Notes under the pieces: generated by a model | What the model was told of the DNA's origin: nothing | The model's database searches: none | Seen by the model: only the letters and a program-made list of their open reading frames with translations | Position numbers and translations under genes: made by a program | Shown: in pieces, positions 42,970 through 53,985 of the stretch | How the letters are laid out: each line of letters starts with the position of its first letter | Position numbering within the stretch: the stretch's first letter is position 1 | Virus record (IMG/VR): IMGVR_UViG_3300014208_000040 | Direction: 5' to 3' (one strand) | Source of the DNA: an uncultured virus (IMG/VR IMGVR_UViG_3300014208_000040) | Lineage: Duplodnaviria; Heunggongvirae; Uroviricota; Caudoviricetes | DNA length: 64,000 nt

Positions 42970-43518
42970 ATGGCAACATTTCTCGCAGCAATCTTAACGT
43001 TCTTCATGTTTCCATCGGTGGGGTTCTTCATTGGAATCTTAGTTCTATCGGTTATTTACACCGCCGCTACGGAACAAGACATACATGGTTTCGCAATCTT
43101 AGCGACCATCATTGGGGCGGCCCTGTTTTGGAACACCATTAACATCGCAATTGCCTCGTGGCATCTATTATTAATCGGAGCCAGTATTTACGTCTTGGTG
43201 GGTGGGGTGTGGTCGGTATTTCGTTGGTTCAAGTATTGTCGTGACTACATTTCTCATCATCCTTATAGTCAAGTGGGGGAAGATTATCTTAAATGTTGGG
43301 AAGCTGGTAAGGAAGTTCAACTGACTCCTCAAGAGTATTACTGTAAACAACTCAGACCGGCGAAACATAAGTCACGTCTGATTGGATGGATTGCCTATTG
43401 GCCGTGGAGTTTACTTTGGAATATCGTGGGTGACACTCTCATCGCAATCTATGACACACTGACTAATGTTTATCAAAAAACCGCCAATGGTGCCATCAAG
43501 AAGGCTTTGAACAAGTAA
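42970..43518 (+). CDS. Membrane protein
   Basis: Several TM helices; WIAYWPWS motif. Confidence 0.65.
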   Translation: MATFLAAILTFFMFPSVGFFIGILVLSVIYTAATEQDIHGFAILATIIGAALFWNTINIAIASWHLLLIGASIYVLVGGVWSVFRWFKYCRDYISHHPYSQVGEDYLKCWEAGKEVQLTPQEYYCKQLRPAKHKSRLIGWIAYWPWSLLWNIVGDTLIAIYDTLTNVYQKTANGAIKKALNK

Positions 43519-43571
43519 AACAGAAGGTTTCCGTCAACAACAAACAACAGTTAATTAAATAAAACAAACAT

Positions 43572-44108
43572 ATGAAAAAGACAATTATTACATTCGCACT
43601 ATTCCTCACCGTGGCCACTGTCAGCCTCAACGCTCAGACAAATGTTTTGAACACAACTAACGCGGTTGCAGGTGGAAAGAAATCAGGTAGCTGGGAACTT
43701 ACCCTTGGTGGCGCAGGCGAAACCCTTAACGGAGTATCCTACTTTGGTCTGGATTTCTCCCTCTCAACCAATCCTTTCAAGGCTCGACCCGAAGTTTGGG
43801 TTGGTATCGCTCAGAGTTTGTATTGGGAGCCGTCATTTGCCGGTTCAACGGATTTGTTCGTTGACTGGTCAGTAGCCATCCTTCCATCCAAATTGGATGA
43901 TAGTTTATATCTCAATTTGGGTTGGAGTGGGGGGGCATTGTATGACACAACCTCGGCAACCAATTGGCGCACGGGTCCCGAAGTCACTCTGCAATACTAC
44001 ACGTCTGACACGGCTTTTATTTTTGCAGGTGTGAACTATGATGTTTATCGCAGTGACAAGAATGAGGGCGGTTTCCGTTACAGTTTTGGTATCGGTATCA
44101 CTTGGTAA
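43572..44108 (+). CDS. Small outer-membrane beta-barrel protein
   Basis: Signal peptide LNA|QTN, alternating amphipathic strands, C-terminal beta-signal RYSFGIGITW; GCGCCGG hairpin downstream. Confidence 0.75.
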   Translation: MKKTIITFALFLTVATVSLNAQTNVLNTTNAVAGGKKSGSWELTLGGAGETLNGVSYFGLDFSLSTNPFKARPEVWVGIAQSLYWEPSFAGSTDLFVDWSVAILPSKLDDSLYLNLGWSGGALYDTTSATNWRTGPEVTLQYYTSDTAFIFAGVNYDVYRSDKNEGGFRYSFGIGITW

Positions 44109-44765
44109 TTTGGATACAATCAACACCGAGCGCCGGCGGTTCTCCGGCGCAAACACAAACTGTTATGATGCCAATTGTTGGTTGTAAACTCTGTGGTGTG
44201 AACACCATTCCTTTTGGTCAAAGTTGGGTTGATGTTAAAATATCCAACGCAACGTGTTGTGACCACTGTTCAGAAACCAGAACGGATAAACAAACACTGT
44301 TCTTCTGCTCCATCGAATGTTTCAACACCTATTTCTCCAAAAATAGGTTAGAGTGGTCAAAATAAATAACGTATCGTGGAAGGTGACGCATATTCAAATT
44401 ACAATGGTAACTTGACTTTTTCTAAATAGTGTGATACCATATCATCATGAAAAGTGAATGTCAGACTTTGACAGAACAAATTACAACCAAAATCACCATA
44501 TGAAATTTTACAAATTCAGAAGGCAAGGGTCGTCAAGTCCCGGAACATGGGAATACATCCGATTGCCCGAAGGCGAAACTCCCAAATCATTCTTTGATGA
44601 AATGGAAAGGGAAGACACTTTGTCTGAATATTTTCGTGGCCTTGAATTCAAGAAAATCAAAGCGCCACCGAAAGAATGGTTACAATCTGAAATTGAATCT
44701 TTTAGAAAACAAAGACTAAAATTAAACCATTTAGCCAATGAATATTTAGTCTTACTAAATGACTT

Positions 44766-45296
44766 ATGAAAGAAATCCGTTACGAAGAAAACATGGATGG
44801 GGTTGATTTTTCCACGCCGACCGTATTCTTGGCCGGACCAACGGTTAGGGGAAACCAGCCACACTTAACCTCGTGGAGATTTGAGGTCGTGGAACTGTTC
44901 AAGGCAAAGAGATTCACCGGCCAACTGATTATCCCCGAATTCACTGACAAGAATGAATCTGACAAGTATCGGTATGACCTTCCGCAATGGGAATTCAAAG
45001 GGTTGCGTGACAGTCATGTGAATATGTTTTGGATACCACGCACACGGGAATTAATTGGATTGACCACGAATCACGAACACGGTTATTGGATGGCGAGAAA
45101 CCGAACCAAGATGGTTTATGGACGACCGGACGATGCCTATCGTATGAAGTATCTCGACATCATGTGGGTTGAGGATGCCAAGATAACGGGAGAGAAATGC
45201 CCTATCTACAATACATTGGAAAAAACCATTGATGCGGTCTTGGCCAAGTTCAATGATATGCCGGGTATTGACCCGTTTGAAATCCGATTTGCGTAA
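44766..45296 (+). CDS. Nucleoside 2-deoxyribosyltransferase-like protein
   Basis: VFLAGP...SWR, QWE, MFWIPR, TNHEHG. Confidence 0.7.
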   Translation: MKEIRYEENMDGVDFSTPTVFLAGPTVRGNQPHLTSWRFEVVELFKAKRFTGQLIIPEFTDKNESDKYRYDLPQWEFKGLRDSHVNMFWIPRTRELIGLTTNHEHGYWMARNRTKMVYGRPDDAYRMKYLDIMWVEDAKITGEKCPIYNTLEKTIDAVLAKFNDMPGIDPFEIRFA

Positions 45297-46565
45297 TGAA
45301 AGAAAGAATCATAGAAGCCTTGCGGGAATACATCCTCGCTGATCGTGACTTGAGAAACAATCCGGCAAGTTGGCGTTCTGTCCATCCGCCTTCAGATTCT
45401 CCACAAGGAGAACTTTATGCTCAATAGAGAAAGAGATACGAAACGGCGTGTGACAAGTTGTGGCAAGTAACAAACGTGACGTATGCCGAGGATGGATTCA
45501 ACAATGTAGTATGGGAATGGCGTTATTGGAGCGTGATGGCTCAAAAGTGTTGTTGGTATCAAACGTTACCTCCACTGTTACAATGGCAAGCCGGATACAC
45601 GATGGCTCAACTACAAAAGGCGGAACAGAATTTTGTTGAAGTTTGTGGTCTGCTGGAAGAATACAAACCCGTCTCGTATTACATCGAGAAACAATTTCCA
45701 AATTTGAAACCGTGATTGAATACCCATCCATCATAATTTATGAAAAAATTCTATCTGTTAATTGAAACCAATCAGTATGCCGGTAATTTCGGACGCGAAC
45801 TGTGTTCGTATGTTTTTGGGGCATACTACAATACCCAAGAATGGGTGGAAGATTTGAGAAAACTGTTTGATACGGAAGTTGGCGAAGACCACGTATTGAC
45901 TGACAACCTCCACCAATTTTACGATGAATACGGTGAAACTGTTTGTGAAATCTACAATGAAAAATGTTTAAAAGTTTTCTTCGATGAAGACCCCACTCCA
46001 CACATGGATATCATTCAAGAACGACTCAAGAAGTTTCCAGATGTATTGGCAACCTCATGGAAATTTGCCGTCAAGAATCTCAAAATCAAACGTGTAACCT
46101 TGTTTCAGGAAGTGACCAAGGAAGAAACGATATGGGTGAAATCATTATGAAATATAATGAATTTTTAGAACTATGTGAATCCGTTTACAAGAATTTCTCT
46201 GGCGACGGAGAAGTTCAGATATCCTATTATGCGGATAATTGGAGATCCCGAGCCACTAAAATTGAAACGCCAAGATTGTTTGTAGAATGGGAAACCGGTG
46301 GTTACTCAGGCGGAAATTGTTGGGATAGTTCCGACCCACAGCCATATACGTCAAATGGTCCACCAAAAGAATTGGAAATTCTTGATACGATTCTTGAAAA
46401 GGTGTGTCCGACCATCACGTTCTTACAATACAAGAACCTGACGGCCACACTTGAAAAATACGACACTCGTTCGGTTGGAGAATATTATGGTAATTCAACC
46501 GACTACGCCTACAAACACGTTGACCTGCGTGATTTGTATGATTATCTTATGGAGAAGGAATTCAT

Positions 46566-46960
46566 TTGAATTTATACAAAAGAGCAATCTTAATCGTCGG
46601 ACTTCCCGGTTCAGGAAAGACTTATTTGGCCAAGTCCAAATATGTTCCGTTGGGTTATACGTTACTTGATGACCCAAGGAACTTCCCGGTCACAATCATA
46701 TACTTTTTGACGATGTAGTTGTAACCGACCCACATTTATGTAATGAAACCACGCGAAAAAATTGTATTAAATTCTTTGAAGATGTTGGCTATTCGGTTGA
46801 ATGTATTTATTTTGAAAATGACGAAGCGAAGTGTCGTCGTCTGCTTGACTTACGGAATGATGGCCGAGTCATAACCTCATTTGAATCGTTCCGATATATC
46901 ATTCCCAACGATGTAGTTCCTATCAAAATTTACGAACCTCTTACGAACGAAAAATGTTAG
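46566..46960 (+). pseudogene. P-loop kinase-like protein with a 1-nt frameshift near 46675
   Basis: LIVGLPGSGKTY...LDDP, then continues in another frame as DVVVTDPHLC...IYFEND. Confidence 0.65.
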
Positions 46961-47550
46961 GAAACATAACAAGGAATGCGGTCGTATTCGATATTGTATT
47001 TGTTACATAATTCTCGGCATTTCTTGAAGGCTAAGGTTGATTCTTCAATATTTGGAGACTTAGTAAGTGATTTGAGTTTCTTCAATTTGTTAAACGTATC
47101 AAGAGTTATATGACCATATAAATAGGTAAACATATCATCGGGAGTTCTAAAATTATCAGATAGAGTTTCAGAATCACGGTCTTCAACGTTTCCATATTCT
47201 TGATTATATTTATCACGAGATTTATACAGTTCCCGATCAATTTCTTCACTTTCATGTAAGATGAAATATAACAAATTTAGCAAAGGTGTTGAAATCATAG
47301 GAACGAAACCGCCACGATAAACTTCCTTCATCACTTCTTCTTCGGATTTGCCGCGGTCTTTTCCTTCACCAATCATTTTGACGGAACGGCGGGTGCCCTC
47401 TTCAATTTGTTCGTGATATTTTTCGGAGTAATCCGTTGCCATCTTTAGAAGATTTTGTTTATCTTTTTTTACTTCTTCCCGTTTTTTTGCTAAACGGGGT
47501 GCGAAATCCGGATCGGACCTTAATAACGTAACTAATGAAAAATCACTCAT
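46957..47550 (-). CDS. Hypothetical protein
   Basis: Long open frame; C-terminal KLKKLKSL..SPNIEES..AF motif. Confidence 0.6.
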   Translation of the reverse strand: MSDFSLVTLLRSDPDFAPRLAKKREEVKKDKQNLLKMATDYSEKYHEQIEEGTRRSVKMIGEGKDRGKSEEEVMKEVYRGGFVPMISTPLLNLLYFILHESEEIDRELYKSRDKYNQEYGNVEDRDSETLSDNFRTPDDMFTYLYGHITLDTFNKLKKLKSLTKSPNIEESTLAFKKCRELCNKYNIEYDRIPCYVS

Positions 47551-48350
47551 AATGGTTATACATAGTTTTAGTATCCCCAAACGACAAAAAAGAAAGTTGG
47601 GGTTGACAATCTATAAAAAGATGGTATGATGCTGGCATGAAACAAAGACTTGAAAGACTTGAAGAACTCCGTTTGGAGTTGGGTGATATTGCCAACACTT
47701 TCGCTGGAAACAAAACTGGTTGTGCGGCGTTTGAACTTCATGATGCATCCGGTCGCATCAACGAAGCCATCCGAATGATTACCGAAGGGTCAACCATTGA
47801 AGATTCGGACAGACAAATCGCTGAATGGTGCGATAAACAGGTCATGCCCATGTCACCTTCAACGGTAAAACAAATTCAGTGTTTGATGCGAAAGTAGTTG
47901 ACATTCTATAAAAAGTGGTTTAAGATACACGTATGAAGATTACAAAGTTTGACCGAACTAACCTCCGTCTGATTGCGGATTACCTGAAAACGGCTCTCGC
48001 ATCCGTAGAGGAAAAATACGGCATCACATTCACCTACAAGGGTGCCCGCTTCACCGCTTCCAACGCCACCTTCAAGATTGAAGGCATTACCATCGGAACG
48101 GATGGGGTGGCAGTTTCCAAGGAACGTCAGGACTTCCTCCAATATCATTCCCTTTTCAATCTGCCCAAGGAAGTCTTGGACCAAGAAGTGGATTTCGCCG
48201 GTGACGTGTTCGTGGTGACGGGATTGAATACCCGCAGTCAAAAGTATCCGGTCACGGCCAAACGGGTCAGTGACGGTAAGGGATTCAAGTTGGGCGCCGA
48301 CGGCGTTCGTAACTCGTGGGAACGAAAAAACAAGGTAATTGCTTAACATT

Positions 48351-48779
48351 ATGGGACTCGACGTTCATGCTCTATTGGTGGTTGGATTGCCGACCGACCA
48401 AATTCTCAAGGTTGAAACGAAACGTTCGGCGGTGAAACGTTTCAAAGAAGATACCGGCGAGCCGTATGACAAGCCTGTTGAAGAAAAATTTATCACCATT
48501 CTTGGTCGAGAATTTCCACTTGACAACGAGTTCTTCATGGAATTCGCTTTGGAAACCATTCATCCTTATTTGAAATGTTTCTACTACGACTCGGATCATT
48601 GTGACGATTATGACCGGGATAGGGTCATTGGATTTGAAGTCAAGGAAATGGGCGGTCGTTACGAGGAGCGGACTCGTTATCTTGTTACACAGACGGAGAT
48701 TGACAACGCTAAGGATGAATTTAAGAAACGTTTTGGTCTGGAACCTCAGTTGTTTTTGACCATGAATTACAGTTATTGA
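48351..48779 (+). CDS. Hypothetical protein (MGLDVHALLVVG...)
   Basis: Likely start ATG 48351; pattern resembles the bodies of some SNSSS-leader proteins. Confidence 0.55.
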   Translation: MGLDVHALLVVGLPTDQILKVETKRSAVKRFKEDTGEPYDKPVEEKFITILGREFPLDNEFFMEFALETIHPYLKCFYYDSDHCDDYDRDRVIGFEVKEMGGRYEERTRYLVTQTEIDNAKDEFKKRFGLEPQLFLTMNYSY

Positions 48780-49860
48780 TTATGAAAAAGCCTGAACCAT
48801 TCCGAATGCCGTATGAAACCTATGCTTTTCTTAGAGCGTTGATTGAATTCCGACAAGAAAAGTTGACGGAAGATTTCCGTTCGGCTTGTAATTTCATTCC
48901 ATCGGAAACTCCTAAAGATGGTGGACCCTCCGGAATCAATAAAGCTCACAAGATATTCTCGAAGGAGAATGCGTGGATGAACCAAGCGAAGGCAGACCTT
49001 CATTCTGCCGCACAGGCAACCTACAAAGACCATTCGAGCAAGGAAATGAGAAAGTTTTGGGGATTTGAATAATGAAAACTATTGACCAAAGAATTAGCAT
49101 ACTCGAAAGGAAAATGGGATATGTAAAAGGAAGAGTACCTGGAACGCAACTGTCAAGAACACTAAATCCAATTGAAGGAATTGAGTGGACTTTGTCTCTT
49201 GGGTTGTTTCAGGAACGAAAGAAATTTTTTACGGCCCCAACTATTCAAAAATGTTTAAGATTCGCGGAAAAAGAATTGTTGTGACAAGGAATTTGGTTGG
49301 TTTTGTCCTGTGAACCCCAAGGGCTACTGTGAATATGATTGGGAAAATACCGGTGAAAATTGTATTTTTTGTAAAGAACCAAAGGAAAGAAAATGAATAC
49401 TAACAATAAAGCAGATAGAGAAATTGGTTCACAACATTTATGTTCTGTCTGTAATTGGACAAACGTTGGTTGTGTTAATTTAGGTGAATTTGGTAAACCT
49501 CATTGGGTTTGTCAGAGTTGTTGTAAGACTGCTCTTGAAAAACGTGATCGTCTTCATGTTGAATTGGCTGATGCCATTTAGAATTGGACAGTGGGAAATT
49601 AAAACTTGACAAACGAACCTTTTTATATTAAACTTCTAACTGAAATGGAAACTCCGTCAGAAATTAGGATTCAAAAAACTGTTAGACGGCTTGTAAGAAT
49701 GGTGGGGTATCCCGCCGTGGAAGAAATACTTGACCAATTTGAAGGTCAAATAGAAGGATATCCAAGTAGAAAACGAAGGAAAAAAGTCGCTTCTACACTT
49801 TGCGTAATGGATGAATCGGAAATTGAAGGTGGTTAATAAATACAACAAAAAGGAAATCCC

Positions 49861-51405
49861 GTGTTAATCAAGAAATCAATCGTTGAAAAGTGGTATCAAA
49901 CCGACAGTTGGGTTTACAAGAACTTCTCCTATCTTTTCCAAAACCCTCTGTGGAAGAAACGAGTGCCTCGTGGTTTCTCGGTCTGTCCCTACTTCTGGTT
50001 GAGCCTGTTCAGCATTCTCTTCCGATTTTGCTTCGTGGCGCCAATCCAATATATCTTCACTCCTCTGACCAAGTTGATTGGAAAACCGGCCACGGTCGTT
50101 GACACATTCTGTAAGAAGATTCTCGTCAAAATTGGATTTGACGAGGACAAGTTGGGTAGCGAGTTGTTCGTTGGATTCAATATATTTCTTGTAGTAGTGA
50201 TTTTGGCTTGTGTTGCGTGTTGTGGCATCTCAATAGCTTTCGTCGGAGTCAAATTAGTTGTCCTCTACGCATTCTTGAAAGATATCTCCTTGGGAATTTT
50301 TGCCTATTGGAGTGGATTGAGTTTTATTACCATGTGGACAATTCTGTTCATTCACAAAACGATGACCAACACGGAATGTAGAACCATGAACTATTTGTGG
50401 GTGTTGGTAGTCTTGTTCTTCATTGCCTCTGGCGTCTTCATTCCAACCGAACTCATTCATGGAATAGTTGTGTTGTTCACTTCTATTGCCGCAGTGGTCG
50501 TAACCGCCGGGGGTATAATTTGGAACGGTATATGTTTAATTGGTTGGGGTATTGGCATCGGCGCCGTCTGGCTTGCCAAAATTGTTTGGACTGGTGTATG
50601 GTGGAAACCGCTGGCCGTCTTGTTCCTTCCGTGGTGGGGGTTCATCGCCATTCTCGGTGTCGTTGGTTGGTTGTTTGACAAGTTATGCACTCGGATAGAA
50701 AAGAGAAACACCGAAACGCTTTTACAGACTGATCCGATGGAGTTGTATTCTCGTTACCGTAGTGCTTGGGTGGGTCTATTTCAGAGAATATTGACGTTGA
50801 ATGACCATTGGGGGAAGGGAGAAGTGTTTGAAAAATACGACTCATATACCGCTCGGGCATGTAAGGTTCTCAGTTACGAACTCTTCCGTGAAACGTTTGA
50901 AGTTATGTATAAAACCAAATTGGATAAACTCCAAATGACATATCCCGGAATATCTAGCGACCCGTGGAAAGTGTTGAAGAAATACAACGGAACGGCAGAA
51001 CGATTTGCTAATCTGGCGGCGGTGGTGAATGGTGGCTTCAAGGAAGACGGAGTTGATTTCTCGGCATCCGTCTTTGAACTCACTTTGGATGAAATCATCA
51101 AATCTCCGAGGTTCAGGGGTCAAATCGAATCTTTGGAAAAAGAATTCATCAAGGCTGATAAAGAAAAGGAAAAACGTCGTGAGAATCGGCATACGTCATG
51201 GTCACACTTGACCTGTCTCAAGGTAACATCCGCCATTGGTGAAGGCGCCTGTTCGGTTGGCCGTGGTCTGCTCAAGTGTGGTAAGTTGATTCGCTCGGCG
51301 GCCTGTCAGATTCGAACGCTCTGTGCCTATTTATGGATGTTGACGAAGGCAAAGAAACAGGGTGTGTGCCCATATTTCGTGTTCACCGACGCCAACAACA
51401 AATAA
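49861..51405 (+). CDS. Large multi-pass membrane protein
   Basis: About 8 hydrophobic segments; VCPYF motif near both termini. Confidence 0.7.
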   Translation: MLIKKSIVEKWYQTDSWVYKNFSYLFQNPLWKKRVPRGFSVCPYFWLSLFSILFRFCFVAPIQYIFTPLTKLIGKPATVVDTFCKKILVKIGFDEDKLGSELFVGFNIFLVVVILACVACCGISIAFVGVKLVVLYAFLKDISLGIFAYWSGLSFITMWTILFIHKTMTNTECRTMNYLWVLVVLFFIASGVFIPTELIHGIVVLFTSIAAVVVTAGGIIWNGICLIGWGIGIGAVWLAKIVWTGVWWKPLAVLFLPWWGFIAILGVVGWLFDKLCTRIEKRNTETLLQTDPMELYSRYRSAWVGLFQRILTLNDHWGKGEVFEKYDSYTARACKVLSYELFRETFEVMYKTKLDKLQMTYPGISSDPWKVLKKYNGTAERFANLAAVVNGGFKEDGVDFSASVFELTLDEIIKSPRFRGQIESLEKEFIKADKEKEKRRENRHTSWSHLTCLKVTSAIGEGACSVGRGLLKCGKLIRSAACQIRTLCAYLWMLTKAKKQGVCPYFVFTDANNK

Positions 51406-51419
51406 CAAATAATAATTCT

Positions 51420-51719
51420 ATGAAAACAAGACAAGGATTCGTTTCCAATAGTAGTAGTTCAAGTTTCTGTATCATGGGTGTAGTCATTGATAATGACACC
51501 TACGACAAAATTGATAACACTCCGAAAACAAAAACGGCTCTCAAAACTCAGTATGGTATTGACTCATTCTATGAACAATACTTGGCCGGATTTCCAGTTT
51601 CGGATATGAAAGATGACGAAACTCTGGCTCAGTTCAAGGCCCGTTGTCAGGCTGAACTCGCCTTGTTTGGTGTCACCGATAAAGTAGAATGGTGTTTGGA
51701 TGGTGGAAGGGATTCGTAA
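51420..51719 (+). CDS. SNSSS-leader protein 1
   Basis: Starts MKTRQGFVSNSSSSSFCI (true ATG 51420). Confidence 0.85.
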   Translation: MKTRQGFVSNSSSSSFCIMGVVIDNDTYDKIDNTPKTKTALKTQYGIDSFYEQYLAGFPVSDMKDDETLAQFKARCQAELALFGVTDKVEWCLDGGRDS

Positions 51720-51722
51720 CCG

Positions 51723-52226
51723 ATGAAAACACGACAAGGATTTGTAAGCAATTCAAGCAGTTCGTCTTTTATCGTAAGACGACAGGGTTTGAGGGATGAC
51801 ATTATTCAAACCACAACCATACAAGACTTGGCCTTGAAAGAATTCGGTTTCCGAAAAACGACGGCTCATAATCCACACCAACTTCCTCCGTTCCACGATA
51901 AGGAAGAATGGAAGACGGAACGAAAACTCTTACGTCTTAAGGTCTATAAAAAAGGATTCAATTTTGGCTATGAAGTAATATGTAATCAAAATGTAGTCAT
52001 TACATTTCTCGTGGAGAATCGTATCTCGTTTGTGGCAGCTTGTCATTATGGTCATGAATCTGTTCTGTATGATGGTAAAACTGACACAATGCACGTTGGG
52101 GTCAATTACGGTAGTATCATGGAAACTTACGGCGTTCCAGACGTGTTTAATGATATTTATCTTGACAAACGGCGGCCCGTTGTTAAAATGACTGGTAAAG
52201 AATGGTTGAAAACCAACCGATATTGA
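51723..52226 (+). CDS. SNSSS-leader protein 2
   Basis: MKTRQGFVSNSSSSSFIV. Confidence 0.85.
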   Translation: MKTRQGFVSNSSSSSFIVRRQGLRDDIIQTTTIQDLALKEFGFRKTTAHNPHQLPPFHDKEEWKTERKLLRLKVYKKGFNFGYEVICNQNVVITFLVENRISFVAACHYGHESVLYDGKTDTMHVGVNYGSIMETYGVPDVFNDIYLDKRRPVVKMTGKEWLKTNRY

Positions 52227-52408
52227 TTTATGAGTTTTGATGTGTGGATTAAAACTATGCCCAAATGCGATATACGACAATATGCGACTGCTCGTGTTGC
52301 TTGGAATGCTTGTAAAGAAGAAGCTAGTAAAATCATTAAAAACCAATTGATTTTTGGAATGAATCATACAACGGAACACAAAGAAATGTTAGATAAAATA
52401 GAAGACCT

Positions 52409-53008
52409 ATGAAAACACGACAAGGCTTTGTAAGTAACAGTTCCAGCAGTTCGTTTATTGTTGGATTCAAGAAAGTTCCCAAGACGGATTGGGAACTCCG
52501 CGACCTTTTGTATCCCGCTGACAAGGATGGGAAACGAAAGAACGTAACGACCGACTATAGCGATGACGGTGGGTTGGATACCACGACTGCCGCAACCATT
52601 GTGTTCAAGGATTTACAGGATCAAAAACCGTTGACACAAAAACAAATTGGGGAAGAAATCAATTCTGGTTACTTTGAGGGGTATCCCGAAATCAATTACA
52701 GCAGCGACCGTGAGGCCGACCAAATTCGTCGTGATTACGAAAAGGCATCGGGCAAGGATGTTTACGACAAGGATGCCGACCCAGCCGTATTCAAGAAATA
52801 TAACGAAGCGACCAAACAACATTGGGCTACCGAACGGGCCAAGGTTGACGCGGCGGCCAAGGAATACTGGAAGAGAGTCAAGGCACAGTTCAAAGGGTTG
52901 AAGTGTTACCGTTTCTCGTATTCAGACAACGATGGAACGGTGTTTGCTACGTTGGAGCACGGAAATACTTTCGATTCACTTCCACATATAAAAATATCCC
53001 ATCATTGA
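52409..53008 (+). CDS. SNSSS-leader protein 3
   Basis: MKTRQGFVSNSSSSSFIV; ends LEHG..F..LPHIKISHH. Confidence 0.85.
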   Translation: MKTRQGFVSNSSSSSFIVGFKKVPKTDWELRDLLYPADKDGKRKNVTTDYSDDGGLDTTTAATIVFKDLQDQKPLTQKQIGEEINSGYFEGYPEINYSSDREADQIRRDYEKASGKDVYDKDADPAVFKKYNEATKQHWATERAKVDAAAKEYWKRVKAQFKGLKCYRFSYSDNDGTVFATLEHGNTFDSLPHIKISHH

Positions 53009-53320
53009 TAACATGGATTTTAAGTTAGAATCTCAAATTATTGGCGTCCCTGACAAGTTGCCAACCGAACCGAAACCAGAATTCAAGTATCTGGAAGTTG
53101 AGGTAACGAGAATCGAAGGAACGACGTTGTATTTGAAAGTTCCTTACAACTTTAACCGAAAAAATTTGTCGATTAAATTGTTAGTCAACGCCTGTAAAGA
53201 AACTTGTGAGGAATACGATTGGGATAATTCTGGTTGGGAACACGACGTAGAATTGCAATCAGTCAAAGAAGTTACTGAAAAAGATGCTACCGCATACAAC
53301 GTTTATGAGGTAAAAACAAC

Positions 53321-53587
53321 ATGAAGATTCGCCACGGGTTTGTCAGTAATAGTAGCAGTGCTAGTTTCACTGTGAATGTGGATAAGTTATACGCTCGTGA
53401 CGCCATTGTGCTCATGGATTACCCACACGTTGCGGCTCAAGAGGGTTCTCAGTGGACTGACTATTGGGATATCAACATATACACTCGTGGTCTAATCATC
53501 GGCACAACCAACATGGATAACTGTGATTTGTCTGATTATCTGAAAGCTAACAACGTGGATACCTCGGCTTTTTACTTTGGAGATTAA
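53321..53587 (+). CDS. SNSSS-leader protein 4
   Basis: MKIRHGFVSNSSSASFTV. Confidence 0.85.
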   Translation: MKIRHGFVSNSSSASFTVNVDKLYARDAIVLMDYPHVAAQEGSQWTDYWDINIYTRGLIIGTTNMDNCDLSDYLKANNVDTSAFYFGD

Positions 53588-53590
53588 CAC

Positions 53591-53977
53591 ATGAAAACAC
53601 GACAGGGATTCGTTTCCAATTCAAGTTCAAGCTCATTTATCGTGGGCCTCAAGGTTGACTCGACGGAGTGTCCGCACTGTCATCGTAAGGATGCCAATTT
53701 CTTTGACCGTCTTGAAGCTTTGGGCGACCGCACTTGGGATGAATCTCGGTTGCGGTATCGTGGATTACCAAAAGTCGTGGAACAATTACAGGAATATTAC
53801 AGTCATCCTGACGATAAGGAAACGTATGACCGTTTGTTAGCCGAAGCACTCTCCTTGAGCCACGCCGGTTATGAACTCGGTTCGGTGGAAATTTCCTATC
53901 ACGATGAAGCGTTGAACGACGAGTTTCGTGCCCTCCGAGAAACGGGCAAGCTGGTCGTCATTTTGGATAACAACTAA
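53591..53977 (+). CDS. SNSSS-leader protein 5
   Basis: MKTRQGFVSNSSSSSFIV; CPHC. Confidence 0.85.
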   Translation: MKTRQGFVSNSSSSSFIVGLKVDSTECPHCHRKDANFFDRLEALGDRTWDESRLRYRGLPKVVEQLQEYYSHPDDKETYDRLLAEALSLSHAGYELGSVEISYHDEALNDEFRALRETGKLVVILDNN

Positions 53978-53985
53978 TAACATCT

